A stretch of DNA of 55,589 nucleotides, filler included, from Asterionella formosa (lineage: Eukaryota), in the NCBI GenBank assembly GCA_002256025.1. It is 4 parts of 4 records of this genome, joined end to end, with 100 filler letters (N's around TTAATTAATTAA, not from the genome) between each part and the next. Parts side by side here need not be neighbours in the genome. Positions count along the whole stretch, not along the records: positions 1 to 13,836 come from NKIB01006381.1; positions 13,937 to 27,761 come from NKIB01006394.1; 2 more parts are not named here. One strand, given 5' to 3'. How positions within the stretch are numbered: position 1 is the first letter of the stretch; every line of letters starts with the position of its first letter. The translations under genes were made by a program, and so were the position numbers. Under the pieces are notes generated by a model, which saw only the letters and a list, made by a program, of their open reading frames with translations, had not been told where the DNA came from and did no database searches. Positions 13,241-24,100 of this stretch are shown here, piece by piece.

Positions 13241-13836
13241 GCCTATATTTGAATTATATATAAGCTTAATTGATGATAAGATACACATTATGTATGATAT
13301 AAAGAGTGTCTTTGAACTATGAAAGTGTTTAACTATATATATAGTGATACATTTATAAATTTTTATCAATGTATTCATGGCTCATACATTTGAAATCATG
13401 TTTAACCACTCCTTGTCATGTATACCTGTACAGATCCTAGAATGAAAGATCATATCTGCCACATCAAAAGGAAAAATGAACTGACAAGGAAACAACACAG
13501 CAATATGACATCTTGAGGCTTAGAGAAGGAATGATAATGGAAAAGTTAATGGAATCAAGGGAATCAAGCTATGGTACTATCATCAAAGGCGCATGCCAAG
13601 ATGATCGATTGTTTGGTTCACAAAGACTAAACGATTGCTTACTTCTCAGGCAATTCAACAGCTTATTTTGCATTTGGTGGGAAATCACCAATGTTGACAA
13701 AACAAAATTGGTAAGTGCTCTTGTTATCTGGTAAGTGTGAACAACTGTTAGAACATAACTTTCAACCTATTTTCAACGGTGATTTCGATTAGAATTCTTA
13801 CCATCATGGTAGTAAGTTAGATATATGATGAAAGAA

Positions 13837-13936
13837 NNNNNNNNNNNNNNNNNNNNNNNNNNNNNNNNNNNNNNNNNNNNTTAATTAATTAANNNNNNNN
13901 NNNNNNNNNNNNNNNNNNNNNNNNNNNNNNNNNNNN
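13837..13936. other. Artificial scaffold spacer N44-TTAATTAATTAA-N44 (also 27762-27861 and 41679-41778)
   Basis: Identical 100-bp spacers with six-frame stops separate pieces of 13836, 13825, 13817 and 13811 bp. Confidence 0.97.
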
Positions 13937-15130
13937 CTCCCTCTGGTCACAGCCAACGATGGCGCTATTATTCGTTCCTTTGAATTGTCCAATAGCAGTG
14001 GGATTGTTGTTGTCCTTTCCTCGGTCGGTGCTTCCATTCAATCCATCCTAGTTCCTAATTATTCCTCAACAGGCGAACATGGCATTCCTTCCAATGTCGT
14101 TTTGGGATACTCAAGTCCCAAGGAAATGTACGAAACGAACAATCCTGCCTATATGGGAGTTATTGTTGGTCGTGTAGCCAATCGTATCGAACGAGGACAA
14201 TTTGAACTCAACAATGGTACTCACTATGCTTTGGATACCAACAATGGTCCAAATCATTTACATGGGGGAAGGGTGGGATTTTCTCATGCCATTTGGGATG
14301 TTGCTGTCAATGACGACGACCAAACTGTTGTCTTTACTCACTTTTCTCCAAATGGTGATCAAGGGTATCCTGCTAGTATTGTCGTGACTGCCACGTATTC
14401 ATTGGTAACATTGCAAGAAGAACATGGAGCGAAATTAGTATTGACCATGACTGGAAAACTTGTCAACGACACAGCCAATGATAAAGATGATGACAATGAG
14501 GATCAACCAGTACTTTCTACTCCAATTAATTTGGCGCAACATTCCTATTTCAATTTATCTGGGATCGAGTCTCCCAATGTATTTTCCAAACAGTTGATCC
14601 AACTACCACACTATTATACTCCCAATGATGTCAATTCTATCCCTACTCGCGAGGTTTGTCCAATCCCATCATCTCTCCAAGTCGATGGACCTGGAATTAC
14701 CATGGCCAATGCTATTTACCATTGGGCTGTGGATGCTTGTCATGTTCCTACCAATGATGTTGCACTTGCACTTGAACATCAAGTACCATGTCCCATTGGA
14801 ATCGATCATAATTTTGTAGTCATGGACGATGGAGTAGCGGGTACTATTTCTTGTCCCATGACTCATCGAAAAGTTACTGTCCGGACCAGTGCTCCTGGTG
14901 TACAAATTTACACTGCCAATTGGTTAGATATTGCTGTACATGATGAGCAACAACGAACCTACAAACCATGGCAAGGGATATGTTTGGAAACACAACATTA
15001 TCCTAATAGTATCATGAATGATACTGAATGTGAACAATTTCCAGAATTTGCAAAAGGGAAATGTTTTATACTAACACCAGGTGGACCAGACTATTACCAT
15101 CAAGTGGAATATCAATTTGAACCAATGTAA
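13937..15130 (+). CDS. GALM: Aldose 1-epimerase (galactose mutarotase), 5'-truncated by scaffold edge
   Basis: Motifs YMGVIVGRVANRI, NNGPNHLHGG, GDQGYP, TPINLAQHSYFNL, IDHNF, PGVQIYTAN and GICLETQHYPNS. The frame is open from 13937. Confidence 0.93.
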   Translation, partial: LPLVTANDGAIIRSFELSNSSGIVVVLSSVGASIQSILVPNYSSTGEHGIPSNVVLGYSSPKEMYETNNPAYMGVIVGRVANRIERGQFELNNGTHYALDTNNGPNHLHGGRVGFSHAIWDVAVNDDDQTVVFTHFSPNGDQGYPASIVVTATYSLVTLQEEHGAKLVLTMTGKLVNDTANDKDDDNEDQPVLSTPINLAQHSYFNLSGIESPNVFSKQLIQLPHYYTPNDVNSIPTREVCPIPSSLQVDGPGITMANAIYHWAVDACHVPTNDVALALEHQVPCPIGIDHNFVVMDDGVAGTISCPMTHRKVTVRTSAPGVQIYTANWLDIAVHDEQQRTYKPWQGICLETQHYPNSIMNDTECEQFPEFAKGKCFILTPGGPDYYHQVEYQFEPM

Positions 15131-15419
15131 ACATGATGTGATGGGTCAGAAAACATGGCAGATGTGATGTGTGCATGGGTATTGTATAGTAGTTATAATG
15201 CAGTATCCTTACAACCAGTTAGGAATAGTTTTTTTAAATAACACACATGAATAGTTTAGTCCCTTGGTAAAACTACCTTCACTTTTGGAAACATTATATT
15301 CAAATAAGTTATAGAAACATATACACACCCATTGCTGAATCAGCAAAACAAAAATTTGAAGAAAAATAAATGGTGTTCTACAAATACCAATAGTTTTAGT
15401 ACTATTATCGATTTTGCCT

Positions 15420-17382
15420 TCAAACATATTCAATTTGATACCCCATAATGTGTTTCAATAATACCAAACCAAATCTCACAGACCCGAGAGAATACAAAAA
15501 TACAATGGCAGCTAGGGTTGCACTTTCCTTGAGTTGTGTTTGCAAAACTTTCACAACATCTTCCAAGGACCATTCAGGACATTTGGGGAGCTCATTGGAA
15601 TTGTCACATTGTGTACAAGAGTTCACAGCATCAATGGAACATGCCAAATCTCCACGTTGTGTATCAGTTAAACTGAAATTGACCAAATCAACACTCCACA
15701 GTATAGATACGCAAAAAATGGTTCCAATCAAAATAATGGTAGTCATCATTAGCCCAATAAATAAAACGACAGCACCAATTTTATATTTCTTGTCTCGTGA
15801 ATTCAATATACTAAAGGATGAAATGAACCAACCCAACAATGCTGAGATTAGAAAAGTAATACCACAGATAAGGTACACAACACCAATCCATGCAGAACTT
15901 GAATTTGATGCAATCTGAAAAACAGAGGATGGGGAGTAGAGTAGGATACAACCAACTGTTAAACACCCCAAAGTAGGTACTGAAAGCCACAATGGAACAT
16001 TTGATTCTCGGGATGCCTGAACCACTGGTTTGGTAATAATTTCTTCCAATACTGCAATGGTCAAATAAAGCTTCATATATATATATAGTGAGAGAAAAAC
16101 ATGTATAAGAATAGGAAGAAAGATTTTTGTTAGTTAGCCTCACTGGTTTACTCAAATACGAAATGCCTCAACATTCCTCTCATTTTGCACATACCAGTAT
16201 AATGAGCAAAAGTCCCCAAACCCCATTGAGATTGAAAAAGACTGAATAAAAGTTAAACATATCAGCTTGTGCTTCTTCTCGAATCATAGTACAATCAGAT
16301 GCATTAAAATGATATTGACACCATGCAATCTCTGATTGTAGCATTGCATCCCCATCACCACCCTCTGGTACCAAACACTTGGTATTGAATGTATTATTGG
16401 CACAAAATGCATATCTAAAGTATGCCATACTTGGAACTCTCCACCAATGGGTAATCCAAACATTCATAACATGACGATAATCAAACAATCCAATGACAAA
16501 GAATGCTTCCAGTGGTAATATCCATACCAATGTCCACATATACCGAATGGCTCCAGTAAGATTAACTTCTCGTACAACTGGGATTGTAAATATCATTGTA
16601 AAAAACACTGCAACACTGACAAATCCCAAGAGGAATAACGTCACATTTGAATTCCATAAATCAGGTGTCACCTTATCTGATTGTCGTTGTGAGCCATAGG
16701 GTGAATCCCGTTGTACAATACCATTGGCATATAGTACTATTGATAACCAAATTGCACATGTCATTTGGACTAGTGCAAAGACAGCACATAAGATATTCAT
16801 TCGAAGGAGGATGGATCGATTGGTGGATGTTGCAGCAGCAGCACCACCACCACCACAACCATGATGTTGTTGATCATGACAAAGTATAGTACTACTACAC
16901 CAAAAACATGGTGCATGTTGGACAACCCAATGTGCTATTCGATTCCAAGATGGTTCATTGGTGCACCAAAGTGGTAAAGTAATTCTTCCACAAAATAAAG
17001 TAACCACACGATTGTTGGAAGAGTTGGTACTGTGATCATCTTCATTATCCTCCATGCGGCGACTCATGGGATAATCGTCATGATCCAACTCTGTCATATC
17101 ATCGTCAATAATATCATGATGATTATGATGATGGATAGTCCCAAGGGATGGATAATGGTTATTACTGGGAGAAAATTTGGATGGCACAAAGGAGGTTTGA
17201 TTCAATGTGCTGAATGAGTCGTCGTTTGTAGTGTCAATCGTTGTTGTAGTCGTACGATTTGGAGTCCTGACTGTTGGAGGGGATTGATTCAATCTTGTTG
17301 TTGTATCAAAACTTTCATCTGTACCATGTGGTCTTTCAAAGTCTTTACTAGATGATGATGATGATGATGATGATGATATCAT
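15420..17382 (-). CDS. Multi-pass (about 8 TM) membrane protein, ~612 aa; complement(join(15420..16070,16195..17382))
   Basis: A phase-0 GTATGT..AAG intron at 16071-16194 with CTAAC branch points joins the two ORFs (IIL|LYLTI). Eight hydrophobic segments and two Cys-rich loops. Confidence 0.8.
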
Positions 17383-19094
17383 GTTGGATGGTGGTTGGAA
17401 AAGTGTCTTGTTCGTTTTGGGTCTTTGTTGGTTGAATCATGTAACTTGTTCGCCGTTGATCTTGTTCTTGTTCTTGCCGTTGTCCTGCCCTTCCAATTTT
17501 GTCTCGATGTCGTTATGAATTATAGATATAGATATATATAAATGACAACGANNNNNNNNNNNNNNNNNNNNNNNNNNNNNNNNNNNNNNNNNNNNNNNNN
17601 NNNNNNNNNNNNNNNNNNNNNNNNNNNNNNNNNNNNNNNNNNNNNNNNNNNNNNNNNNNNNNNNNNNNNNNNNNNNNNNNNNNNNNNNNNNNNNNNNNNN
17701 NNNNNNNNNNNNNNNNNNNNNNNNNNNNNNNNNNNNNNNNNNNNNNNNNNNNNNNNNNNNNNNNNNNNNNNNNNNNNNNNNNNNNNNNNNNNNNNNNNNN
17801 NNNNNNNNNNNNNNNNNNNNNNNNNNNNNNNNNNNNNNNNNNNNNNNNNNNNNNNNNNNNNNNNNNNNNNNNNNNNNNNNNNNNNNNNNNNNNNNNNNNN
17901 NNNNNNNNNNNNNNNNNNNNNNNNNNNNNNNNNNNNNNNNNNNNNNNNNNNNNNNNNNNNNNNNNNNNNNNNNNNNNNNNNNNNNNNNNNNNNNNNNNNN
18001 NNNNNNNNNNNNNNNNNNNNNNNNNNNNNNNNNNNNNNNNNNNNNNNNNNNNNNNNNNNNNNNNNNNNNNNNNNNNNNNNNNNNNNNNNNNNNNNNNNNN
18101 NNNNNNNNNNNNNNNNNNNNNNNNNNNNNNNNNNNNNNNNNNNNNNNNNNNNNNNNNNNNNNNNNNNNNNNNNNNNNNNNNNNNNNNNNNNNNNNNNNNN
18201 NNNNNNNNNNNNNNNNNNNNNNNNNNNNNNNNNNNNNNNNNNNNNNNNNNNNNNNNNNNNNNNNNNNNNNNNNNNNNNNNNNNNNNNNNNNNNNNNNNNN
18301 NNNNNNNNNNNNNNNNNNNNNNNNNNNNNNNNNNNNNNNNNNNNNNNNNNNNNNNNNNNNNNNNNNNNNNNNNNNNNNNNNNNNNNNNNNNNNNNNNNNN
18401 NNNNNNNNNNNNNNNNNNNNNNNNNNNNNNNNNNNNNNNNTCCAGTACCTGGTGTACCAAGTAGTCGATATTTCGTACTACCGGTGCTGTACGTATCAAT
18501 ACGTAAGAATCCCTATTTCTGCCTAAATATTACCGTTAAATATGTAATTAGAATTAGCATGAATTGATGAATCAACGGGATGACTGACCTTGCACGCAAA
18601 TTCTATTCCACAAAGCACCAGGTACGACAGCGAGTGTAAAATAAATAGCCATGATTCTTGATTACCGGTATATATTTAGAGTGTTTTTTGCTAATTATTT
18701 TTTTAAGGAGAACAAGAATTTGCTGACGATGCATGTGAGAGTGCTTTTTGTGAATGACACCACTTTCTTAAGGATAATATATGATGATATACCATGTCAA
18801 CAATACTATCGTCAGTTTTGCCCATGCTGGTGATGATGATGATGATGAGACAGAGATCATCACATCATCATTTTCATAAAATTATAGAGTCAGCACTGCC
18901 TGCGCCAGAACAACAATCGAAGCAGAGTAAAGGCAATCATCAAGAGGGCGGCACACATTATTACACACAAAAACACACACGAACTTTGTGGTACCACCAC
19001 CAGAGTCATCTCTCATCTATTGTGTATATATACATTGCTGACTAAACTACTTCTATTAACAAGCCTACAATCATACCCCGAGATCATAATAATC

Positions 19095-20297
19095 ATGCGG
19101 AAATTTAGAGGATTACAGGTAGTAAAAGTGATTCCGTGGAACTTTCGACTGTTACTATTTGCTACGGTTTGCATGTTACAACAACAACAACAACTTCATG
19201 GTCTTGTTGTGAGTGCCTTGTTGTTGCCATGTCCCTCTCAAACCTCCTTGACATTTTCTCATTTTAAGAAAATGACACACCTCTATGCGACGACTACCGG
19301 CACAGACAATAGTGATCATAAAAATGATGCTGTCAGTATTGCCAAGAAATTACGAGAACAAGCAATGAAACTCCGGGAGGAGATTGCTGCCCTAGAAGGG
19401 AAGTCATTGCAAGATGTAGAACAAGAAGCCAAGGACAAGAAGGAACAACAAGCTCAAGCTACTCAGACCGCATCATTCGCCAAGTCATATTCCTCTACTA
19501 GTGATAAAAATAAAGTGGTGGACTATGGGAAATTGATGGACGTACCAAATGGAGCTGCTGACATGGTACATCAAGCTGCACGAGCCATTGAACGAGCCTA
19601 TGCCGATGGGATCAAACGGCAAACAGTAAGATTGGCGTTGCTTGCCGAGGGGCAGAGTGTTCAAGAACAGAATGAATGGCCAGGTGGGGCGGCACAAATG
19701 TACCGAGAAGCGGCCAAACCTCTCACATTGGATTTATTGCGAGATATATCCATTTCGAAAACACCCATGGCATTGGAAGTGACGGCTCAAGATATTTGGG
19801 ACTTTGATGGATCAGCTCTAATCGCCGCGAAAGTTAAGAATAGTACGAGTCCTCCTCACATTCAAGCCATGGTCTTTCCCAATACAGATGTCAAGTACAT
19901 TCGCGACATTGACGAGATGGACAAGTCCATTGGCGAAGATGTGCTCTTTTTACTTGTCAATCCCTTTTGGAGAAATCTGGATTCGTGGGGGTACAACATT
20001 TTGGCACCAGGTGCCAAACAAAAGGCACAAGATGTTATTTTTGACAAGGGGTACGAAGAAACGTACTCGTTGATGCGATTTAGTGTTCGAGGAGAAGATT
20101 GTGTGGCGATCAAGGCATATCCTTATGATTGGCAACTCTATGTATACCTAGAGAATGATATGGGATGGGCAGAAACGGCCATTCGAATAGGGTCATGCAA
20201 GGAAGAACCCAAGACGGACTACTTCACATCCTTGATCAATGCACGACCTGAATTCAAGCTCTCCAAAACCATGAGACAACTTACTCGAGGACGCTAG
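19095..20297 (+). CDS. DUF1995-type protein, probably plastid-targeted
   Basis: Hydrophobic leader followed by a S/T-rich transit-like stretch. Motifs QAARAIERAYADGIKRQTV, WPGGAAQ, LLVNP and KAYPYDWQLY. First ATG at 19095. Confidence 0.7.
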   Translation: MRKFRGLQVVKVIPWNFRLLLFATVCMLQQQQQLHGLVVSALLLPCPSQTSLTFSHFKKMTHLYATTTGTDNSDHKNDAVSIAKKLREQAMKLREEIAALEGKSLQDVEQEAKDKKEQQAQATQTASFAKSYSSTSDKNKVVDYGKLMDVPNGAADMVHQAARAIERAYADGIKRQTVRLALLAEGQSVQEQNEWPGGAAQMYREAAKPLTLDLLRDISISKTPMALEVTAQDIWDFDGSALIAAKVKNSTSPPHIQAMVFPNTDVKYIRDIDEMDKSIGEDVLFLLVNPFWRNLDSWGYNILAPGAKQKAQDVIFDKGYEETYSLMRFSVRGEDCVAIKAYPYDWQLYVYLENDMGWAETAIRIGSCKEEPKTDYFTSLINARPEFKLSKTMRQLTRGR

Positions 20298-20691
20298 TAG
20301 TTAAAGCAGGTTCTCTCGTGGTACGCGCGACTAGCTACTCTATACGCGTTCATCGTAAAAAGCTACATAAAATAATGCTGCGGAAGACGTAGCAACTACC
20401 CTCAAAATACTTTAAAGAGCTTCATATCTCGTATTCAACATTACAAACCTATGCAACAGTCACCCTCAAGTTACCAGCTACAGCAATCTGACAATGCAAA
20501 AGTACAGGAAAGTCTTATTGTTAGTAAATCATTTTCAAGTTGGTGCAGATAATAAATAGCCCTGGCTGCTTGCCCTTATTATCCTGATCCTCCTCAAGAG
20601 AAAGGCTAGAAGTGACTACAGCATTTCTTGATAACAGTTAGTGTAATGATCGGAAAGTGTGACACAATGTGAAATTATTCATTACTGTTAA

Positions 20692-21261
20692 TTATACAAG
20701 ACTACCGTGTCCCTGGCCTTTATCCATTCGCGGCTCGCTCATGATGTGGGTTGCAGAACCAGCTTGGTTTAATGACATTGATCTTGACCTGAGTGTCTTT
20801 GCTAGAGAATGAGACTGTAATCGATTAGATTTCCTTTCCTCTCGGTTGAAGAACTCTCGTAACTTATGAACCTTTTCTGTTGACTTTCCAAGATCTTTCG
20901 GGATCTTTATGAAGAAATTGACCATGGGATCATCAGTATGATTAGTACTGCTGCTCCTGCCTGCTAGCTCAGCATTAGACGAGACCTTCCATATCTCTGA
21001 AGATGGCTTCTTGTTCCAGATCTCAAAAGGAGGAAGATTCAAAGAGGTGCAACCTCTTCGGGCAGATATCAATGCTGTACGATTGTCAAGCTTTCGGGGC
21101 CACTCTGTACCACAGGAAACAACAACATGTTCTCTAGGATGTTTAGTGTAATCGACTAGCATCACTCTGTGTTCTGAAGAAGGAGGATCCTCTGCTGGAG
21201 GTGGCAAGATATGAAAATCAATGCCGGCAACAGGGGCAACTGATTTGGATAGTTGCATCAT
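20692..21261 (-). CDS. Hypothetical protein (paralog A)
   Basis: 189-aa ATG-initiated ORF. A homologous ORF at 23333-23755 keeps the same frame. Confidence 0.6.
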   Translation of the reverse strand: MMQLSKSVAPVAGIDFHILPPPAEDPPSSEHRVMLVDYTKHPREHVVVSCGTEWPRKLDNRTALISARRGCTSLNLPPFEIWNKKPSSEIWKVSSNAELAGRSSSTNHTDDPMVNFFIKIPKDLGKSTEKVHKLREFFNREERKSNRLQSHSLAKTLRSRSMSLNQAGSATHIMSEPRMDKGQGHGSLV

Positions 21262-22555
21262 TCTTGTTATTGTATCTAGTTTTTCAAATCTTCCTTGTCT
21301 GCCTCACTTTGTGTGAGCATTGTACAGGAGAGGAAACAACGAATTATAATTAAGTACCAAGTATCACATGAACAAATAGGAATATCGGAGCGTAACACCT
21401 TGTAAAATCTGCATTCTCAGGAGGGCGCGAGTCAATTATGACGATTTTAAACGAGCGAAATACGCTGACGACGATGCAATATGCCATACATCAATGCAAA
21501 AATGGTTCGCTCGATGACAACCCGGGGGGGGGGGGCAAAAAATGAAGTATTTCGTAACTTGTTTCTACATGCTCATAAACCACCACCGGTACTCACAGAA
21601 TCTTTGTTGTGTGAATCGTGTCTTCCACAGTAGAAAACGACATGTACTTCCGGTATCTTGATGTCAGCATCAGAAATTGTTGAACCCTGGTAACTGGTAC
21701 TACGACAAAACAATGCATGACCGGTAGGAACCTCACGGAATTCGAACACTTTCAAACTACCATGCGCACGAAACTTCCGTTTCGAAAGGAATCATTTTAA
21801 GCACCAGATACCTTCGTATATAATGGTTCTTTTGCTCTCCTCCCGATTGTAGAGCTCCTAATTCCTAAGGTCACTATGTATCAGCAAACATTATTGCTAT
21901 CTCTATTATTGTCCGGTACTTTGATAGATATTTTTCGCACCCTAGTCATCGCCATTGGCTATGCATCATGTATACTGCGTCATACTAAGCCATGAGCGAG
22001 AATTTTAGATAAAGGAGGACAAAATTGAAACAGTAAGACACAAATGCGACATCATGTCGATTAAATGCTATGACAGCAGAAATACCAGTTGGGTGCGTCA
22101 CCTGCTCGCAGTCTCAACTCGAATGATGCATTTATACCACCACGGCAGCAATACCGTTGTTGTTGCTCCTGCGTGGTGACTCCTGACACAATATAGCCTC
22201 TACCACTTCATAGACTACTAGCCCCAAGATTTTATTATAGACACAAGTGCGATTATCAGTTTAGTTTTAACGTCATTTAAAATTTTTTTATCTCCTAGGC
22301 AGCCTATACATATATATACTACCGATACTAGCTACTAGACTTTGTTAAAGTGTTTAACCTCCTAGTAGCTGCTCGCTTCACTTCCTATCATTGCTCACAT
22401 TGACAATTGTGCTCGTCTAGCAAGACAATTCCCATTTGGCATCATGGGGATGACTCACACTTTCTACACTAGCTAGCGAGACATACACCAACAATCAGCA
22501 TATCAAAATCGTCATGGCAGCTCGAATATGCTGGCTTTGATGATCTACTATCAAC

Positions 22556-22615
22556 GCATATCCTTATGATTGGCAACTCTATGTATACCTAGTAGAGAAT
22601 GACATGGGATGGGCA
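22556..22615 (+). pseudogene. Duplicated 3' fragment of the DUF1995-type gene
   Basis: gcatatccttatgattggcaactctatgtatacctag..gggatgggca repeats 20115-20171. There is no upstream gene body. Confidence 0.8.
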
Positions 22616-23332
22616 NNNNNNNNNNNNNNNNNNNNNNNNNNNNNNNNNNNNNNNNNNNNNNNNNNNNNNNNNNNNNNNNNNNNNNNNNNNNNNNNNNNNN
22701 NNNNNNNNNNNNNNNNNNNNNNNNNNNNNNNNNNNNNNNNNNNNNNNNNNNNNNNNNNNNNNNNNNNNNNNNNNNNNNNNNNNNNNNNNNNNNNNNNNNN
22801 NNNNNNNNNNNNNNNNNNNNNNNNNNNNNNNNNNNNNNNNNNNNNNNNNNNNNNNNNNNNNNNNNNNNNNNNNNNNNNNNNNNNNNNNNNNNNNNNNNNN
22901 NNNNNNNNNNNNNNNNNNNNNNNNNNNNNNNNNNNNNNNNNNNNNNNNNNNNNNNNNNNNNNNNNNNNNNNNNNNNNNNNNNNNNNNNNNNNNNNNNNNN
23001 NNNNNNNNNNNNNNNNNNNNNNNNNNNNNNNNNNNNNNNNNNNNNNNNNNNNNNNNNNNNNNNNNNNNNNNNNNNNNNNNNNNNNNNNNNNNNNNNNNNN
23101 NNNNNNNNNNNNNNNNNNNNNNNNNNNNNNNNNNNNNNNNNNNNNNNNNNNNNNNNNNNNNNNNNNNNNNNNNNNNNNNNNNNNNNNNNNNNNNNNNNNN
23201 NNNNNNNNNNNNNNNNNNNNNNNNNNNNNNNNNNNNNNNNNNNNNNNNNNNNNNNNNNNNNNNNNNNNNNNNNNNNNNNNNNNNNNNNNNNNNNNNNNNN
23301 NNNNNNNNNNNNNNNNNNNNNNNNNNNNNNNN

Positions 23333-23755
23333 TTGGTTGAAGAACTCTCGTAACTTATGAACCTTTTCTGTTGACTTTCCAAGATCCTTCGGGATCTTTA
23401 TGAAGAAATTGACCATGGGATCATTAGTATGATTAGTACTGCTGCTCCTGCCTGCTAGCTCAGCATTAGACGAGACCTTCCATATCTCTGAAGATGGCTT
23501 CTTGTTCCACATCTCAAAAGGAGGAAGATTCAAAGAGGTGCAACCTCTTCGGGCAGATATCAATGCTGTACGATTGTCAAGCTTTCGGGGCCAGTCTATT
23601 GCTGTGCTGGGAAAGAAAGGATGCTGTCTGGGATACTTGGCGTAATCCACTAGAATTCTATTTTCAGCATGTTCGGTTGGAGGAGCCTTGGATAAACCTT
23701 GAGAATCGCCATCAAGAGTGACAGGGGGGGGGGCGACTGCTTTTGTCAGTGCCAT
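23333..23755 (-). CDS. Hypothetical protein (paralog B), 3' end in gap
   Basis: Nearly identical to paralog A from WPRKLDN onward. The N-terminus is diverged but alignable. Confidence 0.6.
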
Positions 23756-23968
23756 GATTTTTGGGGAAATAAGTGGAATGAAAAATATAATGTAGAATAA
23801 TTCTAGATATCATGGTATTGTGTAGCATACCAGCCAGTAATTGTCGACATCTGGTATAGTACGGAAAACACCTACCTGTAATAAATATACAGTCTTTCGG
23901 TTTATGTTTTTGACCTATCATAGGTATAATGATGATGCTCTAATTCATGATTTAGGTCGAAACTTATC

Positions 23969-24100
23969 TACCGGTAGGTATTCTGGCCCCAAGGTACTTG
24001 GTACCAGGTACTGGTACCTGGTACCATACTTTTACCGGTGCCTGGTACCTGGTCCTACCGGTATTCGATACTGGTGCCAGGCACCGGTCTGTATACTGTA
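23969..24100. repeat. TACCAGGTA/TACCTGGTA/TACCGGTA motif cluster (others at ~18441-18495, 26254-26363, 27520-27544, 30412-30468, 42070-42093)
   Basis: Directly visible, e.g. (TACCAGG)3 at ~26338-26358. Confidence 0.85.

Noticed and set aside
13881..13892. TTAATTAATTAA recurring every ~13.9 kb
   Set aside because: Synthetic six-frame-stop linker inside N spacers, not a biological periodicity.
17513..18567. Long ORFs spanning N runs (also 1161-1881 and 22579-23382)
   Set aside because: Open only because N codons contain no stops.
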